Source of the DNA: Carcharhinus longimanus
Taxonomy: Eukaryota
Direction: 5' to 3'
DNA length: 64,000 nucleotides
Assembly (NCBI GenBank): GCA_030264375.1
Contig: JASCQW010000061.1
Coordinates: 115,573,344-115,637,343 of the forward strand
Part shown: in pieces, positions 38,945-51,715 of the stretch
Numbering within the stretch: position 1 is the first letter of the stretch
How the letters are laid out: the number at the start of each line of letters is the position of its first letter
Made by a program: the position numbers and the translations under genes
Notes under the pieces: model-generated
Seen by the model: only the letters and a program-made list of their open reading frames with translations
Database searches by the model: none
Told to the model about the DNA's origin: nothing

Positions 38945-40075
38945 CATAAAAAACATAGAAAATAGGAGCTATTCAGTCCTTCAAGCCTACTTCACCATTC
39001 GTTATAATCACTGTTGATCATCCAACTCAGTAACATGTTTTCACTTTGCCCCTATGTCGTTTGATCGCTTTAGTGGTATCTCACTCCTTCTTGAAAACAT
39101 ACAATGTTTTGGTCTCAACTGCTTTCTGTGGTGAAGAATTTTACAGCCTCACCACTCTCTGCTGAAGAAATTTCTCATCTCAGCCCTAACTTGTTTACCT
39201 CAAATCCTTAGAATATGACCCATAGTTCTAGATTTCCCTGCTATTGGGAACATCCTTCCTGCTTCTATATTATCTAGTCCTGTTAGAATATTATAGGTTT
39301 CTATGAGAGACCCCTCATTCTTCTAAACTCCAACGATTATAATCAATCACTCCTCATGCACAAGTCCTGCCATCCCAGGAATCAGTCTGGTAAAAGTTTG
39401 CTGCACTCCATCTATAACAAGAACATCCTTCCTCAGACAAGGAGATCAAAACTGCACACAATATGCAAGGTCTGTCTTACCAAGGCCCTGTATTACTGCA
39501 GCAAGATATCACTGCTCCTGAACTCCAATCCACTCGCTATGACGGCCAAGACACCACTTACCTTATTCACCACCTGCTGCAACTGCATGCTTACTTTTCG
39601 CGACTGGCATACAAGGATATCCAGGTTTCATTACACGTTCCCTTGTCTCAATCTATAGCCATCCAGACAATAAATCGGCCTTCCTACTTTTGCTAGCAAA
39701 GTGGATGACCTCACATTTATCCACATTATACTGCATCTACGACACACTTGCTCACTCCCTCAGCTTGTGAGGGAGTGAGCAAATCACTCTGAAGTGTCTC
39801 TGCATCCTCAGTTCCGTCATCTAAATCATTAATGTACATTGTAAATAGCTGGGGTTCTGGCACTGATCCCTATGGTACCCTATTTGGAAAAAGACCAGTT
39901 TATTCCTACTCTTTGTTTCCTGTCTCCAACCAGTTTTCTATCCACTTCAATACATTATCTCAAATCACATTTCATTTTACACACTAGTCTATTATATCAT
40001 ACCTTGTCGAAAGCCTTCTGAAAGTCCAAATAAACCACATCCATTCGTTCCCCTTAAACAAATCTATGAGTTATA
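38945..40075 (-). mobile_element. CR1 LINE (RT to 3' end)
   Basis: Tail aacatagaaaataggag at the left; reverse complement of DVVYLDFQKAFDKV at 40000-40045. Confidence 0.85.
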
Positions 40076-40669
40076 ATCAATACTCTTCTATGTTGAACAC
40101 CACCTGGAAGAAGCATAGAGGGTGGGGAAGATACAGAATGTAGTCTGGGCGACGGATCTCAATGCTCATCACTCAGAGTGGCTTGGTAGTACCACTGCTG
40201 TGTAAGCTGGTCGAGTCCTGATGGACATACCTGTCAGCAGCATAGAACTAACAAAAGGGAAAGATCTTGTCCTCACCAATCTACCTATCCCATATACTTC
40301 TGTCCATGAGAGCATTAGGAGGAATGACTACCATACAATCCTTGTGGAGATAAAGTTCCATCTTCACACTGCGGGTCACGTGGCACTATTACTGTGCTAA
40401 ATGGGATAGATAGATTCAGAATAGGTCAAGGAACTCAAAACTGGGACCATCAGCAACAGATCTGTATTCAGGCCCAATCATTCACCTCCTGGCCTAGCAT
40501 ATGCCCCACTCTCCCATTATCATCAAGCCAAGGGATCTATCCTGGTTCAATGAATTGTACAGGAGCGCATGCCAGGATGAGTACCTCAGATGGTGGTGTA
40601 ACATGAAGGCCACAGTGCACCAGGATGAGATAAAAATTATGACCCTGTGCAAGGGTGAATGCAGCAATT

Positions 40670-41945
40670 GCAGCAAAGATTGAGGCCTCTTCCTTCTGAG
40701 CAATATGGGAAAAGCATTTGCTCGTGTTGCCGTTGTCAGACTCTGGTTCCTGGCTGAATGTGCGCACCTCAAATCCCAGTGTGGTTTCAGAACTGGAAGA
40801 TCTACTGCTGACACAATCTTTTCAGCCCTGCAGCAGCAAGTGAAATGCCATGAACAAAGTAGACCTCTACATATTGCTTTCATCAATCTCACCAAGCCAT
40901 TTGATCATGTGAGCAGAGGCAATATATTTAAGGGTCTACAAAAATTGGCTACCTGCTGAAGCTACTGAATGTGATCTCCTCTTTCCATGACAACATACTG
41001 GATATGATGCAGTTGTATCAGAAGATCTGCAAGTGGGGTCAAACAGGGTGTGTTCTTTGGAATATTCTTCTTTTTGCTGCTGCTTCAAGTCATCTACATA
41101 GGGAACTACTTACATACCAGAACTGAAGGAAAGCTGTTCAGCCTTGATCGCCTGAGATCAAGGACAAATGTTTGTGAAATCCTTATCAGAGAATTGTCCT
41201 ACTCTGTTGATGCTACACTAGCGTACCATGCTGAGGAACATCTACAGCAGCAAATGGACAAACTCTCTAATACGTGCAAAGAGTTTGGTTTGATCATCAG
41301 CTTCAGGAAAACAAACATCATGGTCCAGGATGCTGCCACACTGCCATTTGTAGGCAATGACAATGTGACTTTAGGAATCATAGAAAAGAATCATTGCAAC
41401 CCTACAATGCAGAAGGAGGCCATTTGGCCCATCGAGTCTGCACCCACCACAATCCCAACAAGGCCCTACCCCCATATCCTGACATATTTACCTGCTAATC
41501 CCTCTAACCTATGCATCTCAGGACTCTTAAGGGGCAATCTTTTTTCGCACGGCCAATCTACCTCACCATCACATCTTTCATCAGTTTCAGTTTCATATAT
41601 CCAGGCTCCTCAATCACCAATCTGTCACTTGATGCTGATATTGACAGACACAGAGCAAAAGCTGTAGGTGTTATGCCCAAGCTGAGTCAGAGAGTGTGAA
41701 ACAACAGCGACCTAACTGAGAACACCAAATTGCAAGTCTACCAAGCCTGCAGCTCTGCAACAATGATGACACCTGGACACATATGTTAGACAGTAGAAAA
41801 GGCTGAACAATTTCCACTTTCACTGTTTCAAATATACCCTCAACATTTCTTGGTAGAGCAAGATCACCTAGAGGGTGATCCTAGAGTTCCTAGAGGGTGC
41901 TGATTCCAAGAGTGTATACTCATTGCTAAACCAATGATATCCTCG
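40670..41945 (+). mobile_element. RTE-clade (BovB-like) LINE RT fragment, with a SINE tail inserted at ~41376-41580
   Basis: GKAFARV..SQCGFRTGRSTADTIFSALQQQVKCHEQSRPLHIAFINLTKPFDHVSR; RTEGKLFSLDRLRSRT; CKEFGLIISFRKTNIM. Confidence 0.88.
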
Positions 41946-42496
41946 CTGGGAACTGGGTGTCCTGATACTCTAAGGCTGAAACTTTTGCAACCCACCTTAA
42001 GCTAGAAGTGGGCACAGGATGTCCCAATTCAGCTTTTATCTGAGTTCTCCAGTACAACAGATCTCAGTTTCCAGACAATTCGATTCACTCCATAAAATAT
42101 CAATAAATGGCTGAAGCCTTTCGATACATCAAAGACAATGGACCTTGACAGTATTCCAGCTACAGTACTGAAGGCCTGTCATCTGGGAAGAGCTATGCCC
42201 CGAGCTAAGCTGTACAAATACAGCTATAACACTAGCATCTACCAACAATGCCTCATTGTAATCGCCTTTCCCCACTCGAAACACAGAATGGTTTTACCGG
42301 AGAAAAGTAAATATTGTGCTTGCACAGTAATTGGGAAGTTGCAAATTGAGGCAGCTACGGGTTTTAAAATTTGTCCAAGGGATGTAGGTATCGGTGGCTA
42401 GGCCATTATTTATTGCTCATCCCTGATTGCCCTTGAAAAAGTTGTTGTGAACTGCTTTCTTGAACCACTGCAGTCCTTGTGGTATAGGTATACCCA

Positions 42497-42720
42497 AGAA
42501 GAAATCTCACGACACCAGGTTAAAGTCCAACAGGTTTATTTGGTAGCAAATGCCACGAGCTTTCAGGGCTTTGCCCCTTTGTCAGGTGAGTCCTGGTGAA
42601 GGGGCAGAGCCCTGAAAGCTAGTGGCGTTTGCTACCAAATAAACCTGTTGGACTTTAATCTGGTGTTGTGATACTTCTTACTGTGTTTACTCCAGTCCAA
42701 TGCTGGCATCTCCACATCAT
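42497..42720 (+). mobile_element. Penelope-like fold-back element with two degenerate hammerhead motifs and a 15-bp TSD
   Basis: Arms ~42497-42586 and 42592-42679 around loop tgagt, then a 41-nt tail. TSD gtataggtataccca (42482-42496) and gtacaggtataccca (42721-42735). Confidence 0.8.
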
Positions 42721-42974
42721 GTACAGGTATACCCACAGTGCTGTTAGGTAGGGGGTTTCCAGAATTTTGATCCAGTGATAGTGAATGAATGGTGATATAG
42801 TTTCACCTCTGGATGGTTTGTGACTTGGAGAAGGACTTGTAGGTGGTGATGTTTCCATGCAACATCTGCCCTTGTCCTTCTTGATGGTGGGGTCACAGGT
42901 TTGGAAAGTGCAGTCAAAAGATGCGTGGTTAGTTGCTACAGTACATCTTGTAGATAACACACACTGCTGCCTGA

Positions 42975-45900
42975 TACCATCACACCAAAAAGGGGCAGCA
43001 ACATTAGTTCCTGTAAATCCCATACCATCAGACCTGTACTCCTCATTCTGCAATGAAATGTTGCGGGACTATCTTCCACTAAACAACAAGTAATCAGCAC
43101 TTTTACCCAGCAACATGCAATTACAATGACCTGTACCCAAGAAACACACATTCTATCCGATGAAATTGGAAGATATAAGATCGATGATTTTGACTTGATA
43201 AGCCATGCTCTCTATCCAAAGCATAGGTGGGCTATGTGTGTTCCTTTGACCATCACAGACATAGCCTACTTCATTACAACTAAACATGTCAATATCATCA
43301 AGATTAGGGTCTTCAAGATAGCAGGTGTTTACCAGCCCCCAGCACCAGCTGGAGCAAACATGTTCTTCCTGCCTCATCACATTCAGCAGTCCACACTGGA
43401 GATTTTAACAACCATCACACAGGCTGGGGCTACAAAGAGGTTGGATGCTGACGGCACAAAACTTATAAATTGGGTTGTACAGACTGATCCCAATTTTATC
43501 CACGATCCCAAACATCCAGAAATTTTCCATTCAGCAAGACAGAGTTGTGACTATTCATCTGAAATTTAGATCAGCTCAAATGGCAATCTATTCCCAACAT
43601 CATACCAAGTGGTAGCATAGGGGTACGCGGTGGGGACATGGTGGAATAGTGGTTAGCACTGCTGTCTCGCAGTGCCAGGGACCTGGGTTCAATTCTGTCC
43701 TTGGGCGACTGTCTGTATAGATTTTGCAGGTTCTTCCCATGTCGGTATGGGTTTCCTCCGGGCGTTCCAGTTTCTTCCCACAGTCCAAAGATGTGCAGAT
43801 TAGGTGGATTGCCCATGCTCAGTTGCCCCTTAATATCTAAAGCTGTGTAGGTTAGATGGATTAACATGGTAAATGTGTGGGGTTATGGGGACAGGACAAG
43901 GGGTGGTCCTGGTTAAGATGCTCTTTCAGAGAGTGGGTGCAGACTTGATGGGTCAAATAACCTCCTTCTGCACTGTGGGGATTCTATGGTTCAAGTCTTG
44001 CACAGCTTCCCACACAGCTAGCTTAGACCAACTCTGACCCACATAGGTCTTCAACCACCTTTCATTGCTGGGGAAAATACCACAAGACACTGGGACAAAG
44101 TGTGGTAATGATACCATCCTGCCACATCCCCATAGAGCAGGCATACAGCCATTTCTGCAAAGCCATCTACAAAGCAGCCACCAAATCCATCTCACAGGGA
44201 TATTGTCCACTGTTTACCCCAACCCAAAGATGAATGTGCTTCTATCCTTTAACACTACAAGGAAAATGGTGACCCGGATGTAGCTGATCATTGGAGTCTT
44301 TTGATTCTGTCGCTGAGCTAGATGGCAAGAGGCCAATAGAGATTTGAACTTCACCCATTCCAGCTGAAAACACTGGAGGTTCCGACCACTGACACCAAGA
44401 CTACTAACTGTAAATGCCAACAAAGTAGCAACCCATCTCCTGCACATGGGAAAAGCGTCCCTAGGGAAAGAAGTGAAAAAACAAATGAAGACTGACTGGC
44501 GTGGAGTTGGACAATGTGCTGCAAAAAAAAAATCCACACACTGATGCTGGCTATAACATTCTTCCTGAGTTTCTCAATCATCCTGAGGCTCAATTTCTCA
44601 CAAGGGTTATCTGTGAAAGAAGGCTGCCTATACACTGGTGAATGTCCAAAGTCATCTTGAAAGTTGAACAAGCTGGCTTTCAGAAGGACAAAGCACATGC
44701 AACCAGGTCCTTGCCCTAACCATCTTACAGTGCTTTGAAAATAACTCAAGCAGGCATTGCCTTTCTCGATCACACTGCAGCATATAACACGTTCTAGTCT
44801 GCTTATCAAAATCTTAAAAGTCTTCCCTTTGACAGTTACTGATGCAATCGAACTATTCCTCGGAGATTGACGGTTCAGGGTGCATATGGGTGATGAGACA
44901 TGTGCCTGGAGGAAACAGTCCAAAAGGCTTCCTCAGGGATCTGTTCTATCCCCAACCTTTTGCATTTCTATATCAACCCGTGCCTCCAATTATGTCTTGG
45001 AAGTTCATCTGTGATGATTACACCTGCTGTAGCTCAAGCTCAGTCATTTTCTAAACCAGAGGCAACACTAAACAACGATGTTGCAAAGTTGGCCGACCAT
45101 TGTGAGACATGGCACCTTCACCCTAACAGCAGCAAAAGTCCATTCCACCTCCACAATGCCAGTGCCAAGAGGGGACTCAACATCTCCTTGAATGGCAAGA
45201 GACTAAATCATGAACAATATCTCATTTATCTTGTTGTTACCCTTGGTCAAATACTGACAAAAAACATCTGAATAAGATAGCAGCAAAGTTCAAAATGTAA
45301 AACAACATCCTCAGCAAACTTGCTGCCACTTCATGGGGTGCAGATGCTCAAATGTTAAGAATATCAGCTCTTGCCAACGAATACTCAACTGCAGAGTACT
45401 GTGCACCAGTTTGGTACAACTCATCCGATAAAATCTTGTAGATATCCACCTCAACACAACAATACATATTATCTCAGCTACCCTCCGATCAGTTCAACTC
45501 CCCTAGCTCCAGTACTGAGCAACATCCCACCCCCTCACATAAGAAGGGAGGTTGCAACAAGAAAGCTCCTGAAGAAGGTTTACATCAACTCAAGCTGATC
45601 GCTAAGCAAACCCCTTACCAGTCCCCCAGCTGCTTGCCTCTGATTATGCCAACCTGCATGGCAGAGACCACCATGCCCTGCTGGCACAAAAGCCCTGTGG
45701 CAGCAAGAATTGAATGAACATGCCATCATTAAAAACCACTTCCTCATTACAGATCCTACAGCTTGCCCACCCAGCATCAACCTGCCACACCAACAATGGA
45801 CACTCCTCAGCCACTTCTGAACCAGCCAAGGCCCTTCTGCAACAAGTGCAGCCTTACATAGAACTCAGAGTGCAGCTGTGGTGCACCCCGATCAATGATT

Positions 45901-46000
45901 TATCATAGAGCTGTCTCTGATTAAGTTCAGAGAGCCCCATTTAACCATTGCAGAAGCTATTACCTGGCTTGGTTATTATTAAAGCTGCTAAACAAAAAAA
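42975..46000 (+). mobile_element. Near-full-length degenerate Vingi/Ingi-like LINE (APE plus RT, no RNase H seen)
   Basis: NVAGLSSTKQ..CTQETH; GVYQPP; GLPQGSVLSP; WHLHPNSSK..FHLHN; NNILSKLAATSWGADAQMLR; STAEYCAPVW; PVLSNIPPPHIRR; short A-rich end. Confidence 0.75.
43635..43992 (+). mobile_element. HE1-like V-SINE, full length, nested in Vingi
   Basis: Boxes A and B, V core, tail gcagacttgatggg..cctccttctgcactgtggggattctatg. Confidence 0.9.
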
Positions 46001-47642
46001 CTATATGAATGTCTATTGTGGCAGATGGGATGCCAATCAAGTGGGCTGCTTTGTCCTGGATGGTGTTGAGCTTCTTGCATGTTGGTGCAGCTGCGTAAAT
46101 AGAGAGTATTCCATCACACTCCTGACTTGTGCCTTGTAAATGGTGTACAGTCTTTGGGGAGTCAGGAGGTGAGTTACTCTCTGCAGAATTCCTAGCTTCT
46201 GACCTGCTTGTGTAGCCACAGTATTTATATGACTAGTCCAGTTCAGTTTCTGGTCAATTGTAAACCCCAGAATATTGGTGGTGGGAGATTCAGCAATGGT
46301 AATCCCATTAGATGTCAAGGGGAGATGGTTAGGTTCTCTCTTGTTGAAGATGGTCATTGACCGGTGCTAATTATCAACCCAAGCCTGAATATTGACCAGA
46401 TCTTACACATTTGGACACTGACTGCTTCACTGAAGTAGGGTGAGGCACACACTCTGTCAACAGAGCCTTTTTCTTGTTTTTATACTAATTCTAAAGTGCT
46501 GGAAGTAAGATTTTGGAAGTAAGATTTTGGAAATATACTCTACGCTCCCATGCAAAATTTTAAATGCAACTGCCTCCTCTGAAACTTGATTGGATAATTG
46601 TGAGGTCACCGACGAAAAGATTTGTAACAAAAAACACATGTTTTATTTGTCATTTAATACAATATTGGCCTCTTTAATTGTGACGGTACGTAAGGAGTTA
46701 AAAACCAATTCAAAAGAACCACAGAAGTCATAACTAGAAACAATTGTTCCAGATTTTAGTCAGGTGGTCTGCGCCTGATGTCTGATCAGCGGAGGCCAAA
46801 CCTTTCTGTTCAAACGCTAACGTCTTGTGGGATTAATATCTTTGACTGTCAGCTTTTTCTTTTGAATTCAACAGATAGTTGGTTAAATTTGCATAGGCCC
46901 TGTCACTTCTTGAAATTATTTATCAACCTGTCTTGTTCACATCAGGAATCTCATCAATAGCCTTTAAAACGTGACAGTCAGCCAAGATAGACATCAAGAA
47001 GAGGAAAAGAACCAGCAGGTAAGGATATTGCTTTCATGATAGTTTAGCGCAGCTGCTGAAAACAACTTATTACTTTCTATTACCTGATGAGCTAGCCAAG
47101 TTTAACAACTACAGTAAAATATCTATACTGCTACATTTCACTTATTCCTTTACTGTTTAATAAATTTATTTGGCATTTAAAGTCCAAGTCGGATGCAGTG
47201 CTATTCTGTTGTTTTCTGAAGACAAGGGCAATCACATAAAAGCAAGAATAAAACCATCAGCTGCAATAAACTGAAGAAGGTTCTCTTTTAGTTCCTTGGG
47301 CTTGCTATAAATTCATGTTGATATCATGAAAGTAAAAACTCTCTCTGGAATGAACAGAGTTCAAGACAGTGTGAAACGTGGAAGTGAGACAAAGCTACGG
47401 TTAAAAGAAAGTGTAAAGAAGCCCTCTAAATAAAACAGGGGCATGAGCTTTATTTGTTAAAAGGGAAATAAGTGCAACTGGAAGGGTGAAAAAATGGAGT
47501 TCAAACACCCTAGATCCAGCTACTTCATGGGGATGATCCAAGATTGCTCCTTTTATAAGTCTTCAGCACAACAGGCAGAGTTTGACGAAGACGTTCGAAA
47601 CAAATTATAAGCGCAGTCATATCGAGAGGGTGACAAGATGAT

Positions 47643-48258
47643 AAGTAGAAATTTACAGCCCCCTCTGGGAACAGACTGACAGGTACGGGGGGAGCTGGGT
47701 TAGGGCCATAAAATTGAGTGCCTTTGGGGCGGCACTGTGCCCATCACCTGCCCATCTTACTGGCACTTTACCAGTTCTGGGGGAGGTATTGGGCGATCTG
47801 GACACCCTTGGGCCAATTAAGTCCCTCAAGTGATTATTTCATGGATAGTTAAGGGTATCTTCACGGTGCTGCTGCTATGTGATGGGAGGGTGTGGGTCTC
47901 TCCTACTTTTGCACACACAGTGCCCAGAGACAATAATAGTCCTCATATACACCTTTCTCTGCCCTGCTAGACGGAGTCCCCTACCCCTCCCCACAGTCTG
48001 CCAGCCTGGCCATGATAAAACATCAGACTTATCTGCAAATGCAGCAATATGGCTGCTCTTCAATGGGGATTGCCTCTGCTTACTGGTCCCGGTTCTCGAA
48101 GGAAAACCTTCCTCCTAGGCGAGTGCAGAAGTCCCACTCCAAACCAATTAATAGCCCGATGGCCGCTAAATCACCACCGGATGGCCCAGTGGAGGTGGGC
48201 TTGCCCTGACTTCCCCCAGTCGGGGTTAGGGCCGTTGCCTCCATGTAAAATTGTGGCC
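47643..48258. mobile_element. GC-rich non-autonomous DNA element
   Basis: Ends gtagaaatttacagc and gtaaaattgtggcc resemble the MITE TIRs. Confidence 0.4.
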
Positions 48259-51200
48259 TATGTTACTTGTTGCTGGCAATATGATTGTAACCTTATTTAA
48301 CATGTTAGGAGCAGGGTCAGAAATGGATGTTCTAAATTGAAAGGTAACAGGCTCGCAGTACACTCCCACACTTATGGTGGGAGCAGTCTGTTCAGGAAGC
48401 AGCCATTACGGGTAGAAAATCACAGGTTGGGCACGTGTAATCTTCTGCTTTCTGTTCATCACAACTGCTTCTCTGCAATAAAAGCACAAAATAGGCTCTA
48501 ACACCTAGGGCAGGCATTTTAAATCCCTGCAGGGCTGGTACTGGAGGTAGGCTGGTTCTAGAATTGAACTATTTAAAGTCCTCCTCTTAGAGAATGACTA
48601 GAATTTTTCATCCAAACTCCAGGTCCCTGGAGATGACAGTGGACAGTTTTGCTACCTGGAGACAGCCTTCCAGTGGAAGACACGAGGCTCTGTGCTCCAG
48701 ACAGATCTAAAGGTCCTCCTTGCCTCCCTGGGTACAAGAACAGTCAGTGGTTTCCCTGTAAAAGGATCCCCTGAGTACCCGCAAAAGCCATCTTTTAAAT
48801 TAAACATATTAAAAGTTGCAAACAGGGTGTCTCTATATTGAAGCGCTCTCTCTTAGTTACCCTCCATTACAATCTGCTGTTCCTTCAAGCGAAAAGGGCC
48901 CTAATTGGTCCTCCAATCTTGAGAGCATGGCGGTATGTTTTTTTCGTGGTCAATGAAGAGGAACCCCCATGAAAATCACAAAGTGCGACAGTTACCCACT
49001 GAGCAGGTCTGGCACCCAATAAAGTCCTAACTTGTTTTGTACTGTAAAGAAAATCCAGTCCAAAGTTCAGTTTTATAAATGTAGCACTGGAGTTTGAGCT
49101 AGATTGGATAAATGATGAGCAAGATACTAATAAATATGATAATATGTCACAATTCATGCTGTATAATTCCCTGTTGTGATATCTGAATAGAGTCCAGAAT
49201 GATGGAAAGGAAACTCAACTTTTGTGGCAGTGACATAGTGGGAATTGAGTTTTAGGTAGTGGGTGTAGATGCACAGCACAACACCTATCCTGAATTCAGG
49301 CAGATAGGTTAAAAGAGTGGCACATATGTGAAAGAAGTATATTATCTCTCCTTATTCACATACACATCATCTGCACATGTAAAACAATGGGGATAAAATT
49401 GGTCTTCGATGGCAGGCAAAGTAAGCAATAGTGAAACATCCTGACCACTTTAGTTCAGCAATAGGAAAGGAATCAGGCAAAATGTAAACCTGACTGGCAA
49501 ATTGTTAGGATTCTTTTGCACTATTGCTAAAGACCAACTTCATCCTGATTTTTGTTTATATCTACAAAAGATGCACACTTCGGCTCATATCTACATCTGA
49601 TGTTGTATGAAATACATAAATGTTTTGAACAAGTTTATTTGACAGACACATTGGACTGATCGAGATTTTAACCTAATTAGTTAATGCTGTATTGGCACAT
49701 TTGACAGTGTGAAGAAGAAATTAGCGTTTGTTTAAAATTCTGCAGTATATCGTGAAGCAGCTTCATGTGGCAAGAAGACACTGAGGTAATTGTGATTATG
49801 ACATTGTAAAATATGGAGTATTGAATCAGGCACCCACTACACATCACCACTGATTGAGTTCTATTGAAATGCAACGGAATGAAAGTCAGCAGAGCTGAAT
49901 AATGAGCAGCTCATTCAATAATATTCATTTTACACTATTTCCAAAATCATAACTATTCTGTCTGACTTCTGAAAACTTGATCAGGGGAGGGTGTCATAAA
50001 AGCATTCTTTACGTCAAAAAATGATTTTTTAATTCAACAAACCGAGCTTTTAAAGCAGAGACTTCTTAAAATAGTGACTAAACATGACTGGAGCCCACAG
50101 TCAAAGATTGCTACCCAATTTGCATCACTGTACTCCCAACATTCAAACCCACTGAGACAGAGACACCAAAAACCTATCATGGATAATGACTTTAGGAGAG
50201 TATGAGTGGGCACATAGCCTGTGCCTATTAGCAAGGCATAAAGGCAATCTCCTGGATATTCAATAGGTTCACAGGCATGAACTCACTAAGCTACAATAGG
50301 CATATGCTTTACACCCAATAACTTGAACAGTGGAACCCTGGTTGAGAGTGGAGATTCCCAGACACGAACTGATTAAGTTACAAGGACAATATAACTAGTT
50401 ACGCTCGAATCATTGGGTGACAGTCATGTGCATTTACACTTCTGATTTCTCTGTTGTAAGAGGACAAGCAGCTGAGATTCTAATGAGTAAACAACCCAAT
50501 GAGCTTTCACCTTCCTTCCTCTCTCTCTCTCCAACCCAAGTTACAAGCTCTTGAACCCTGTTTGCTGATTGTGACTACCCAGGGATGTCCCTGCTACTGA
50601 CAGTGGCTTCTTGAAGAAAATCAACACTATACTACTGTCTTCAGGAGAATAGGCAAATCTATTGTCCTGTTAGGTCCTGCTACTTAGTGCAGCAGTTTTG
50701 TCTGTTGGTTTCAGACGAGCATACTTTCATGTAACCGGTGATTTTTGCTGTTCCAAACAATATTAAGTTTCATAATTTTAAATGAAAATAAAATGTTTAG
50801 TGATGCAGATTCAATTCTCTTGAAATTATAATTCAGCAATGTGAGTATGCCAGTGTTTCTTATATTAGCACATTTCACAGGTGTGGTTAAAGCTTAGCAT
50901 TGTACCTTACAATCACCAAATTAAAATTGTACTAGCAGTACAAATGTTAACATGAAGCAGAACCAGAAAGATGAATATTTCACACTTGGTGTTTAAACAA
51001 TGATTCTCTGGAACAATCTTCTTGAAACAGCAAATTGAAACAACATAAACTGGCACTTAATCAAAATAATTCAGGTTAACACAGAAAATAAAAACAAATC
51101 CAGCAAAAAGAAAAACTATAAAACACAGGGCAGCAGAAGAAACAACTTGTTATAAGCCCAGACCACCTTAAACCGAAGGCTGTATGGTCAGCAATTCCTG

Positions 51201-51284
51201 AGCTTTATGACAACTTAGCTGCTTCAAGATAAATACTAAACCATATGCGATCGACCAGCATTGGCTGAGATCACTGACAGTCTT

Positions 51285-51715
51285 CCATGGTGGTTGTCCC
51301 CCTCTTTGAGGATGACATTTATCCAGGGTTAGGAGATTACGCCATAGGTCTTCATGTGACTGAACAGGCTTATTCTTGGAACATATATCTTAGGCAAAAC
51401 ATTCCATGACTGAAATGGGAGCTGGAGTGCTGGATTTGCTTCTTTTTTTTCTTTCTCTGCCATCACTCTTCTTCATCATTAAGCTATTTCGACACAAAGC
51501 TTGCTGCAACATGATGGACCAGTTGTCGCCATCTGGATTAATTGGTAGCAAGTTCCTCCCAGTCACTAGTATCAATGCTCCTGCGCTTCAGGAAAAGACT
51601 CAGAGTGTCTTTAAAGCATTTTCCATGTCCTCCCTTGGACCGTTAACCAGTTGAGGTGGAAAATAGGATCTGATGTGGGGAGGATGGTTTTTAGCCATCT
51701 GGGCCATAATGTCCA
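51285..51715 (-). mobile_element. RTE LINE 3' end
   Basis: Reverse strand gives GKCFKDTL..IDTSDWEELATN..RWRQLVH. Confidence 0.6.

Larger units (their letters stand above)
38012..40670 (+). mobile_element. CR1-group LINE family B 5' region (SINE-like head plus APE endonuclease), with nested MITE and CR1
   Basis: SINE head and body at 38012-38320 run into LINE sequence encoding QGNLLLITIYCPPS, VEHHLEEA..DLNAHHSEWLGSTT, DLVLTNLP. A likely continuation lies at 41960-42250. Confidence 0.7.
42378..46430 (-). mobile_element. CR1-group LINE family B 3' portion (pieces 42378-42972 and ~46005-46430), host of Penelope and Vingi inserts
   Basis: LPLTSNGITIAESPTTNILGFTIDQKLNWTSHINTVATQAGQKLGILQRVTHLL..YKAQVRSVMEYS. 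3' end lies at ~42380. Confidence 0.8.

Noticed and set aside
50070-50640. Possible LTR-like segment
   Set aside because: No termini, TSD or second copy could be identified.
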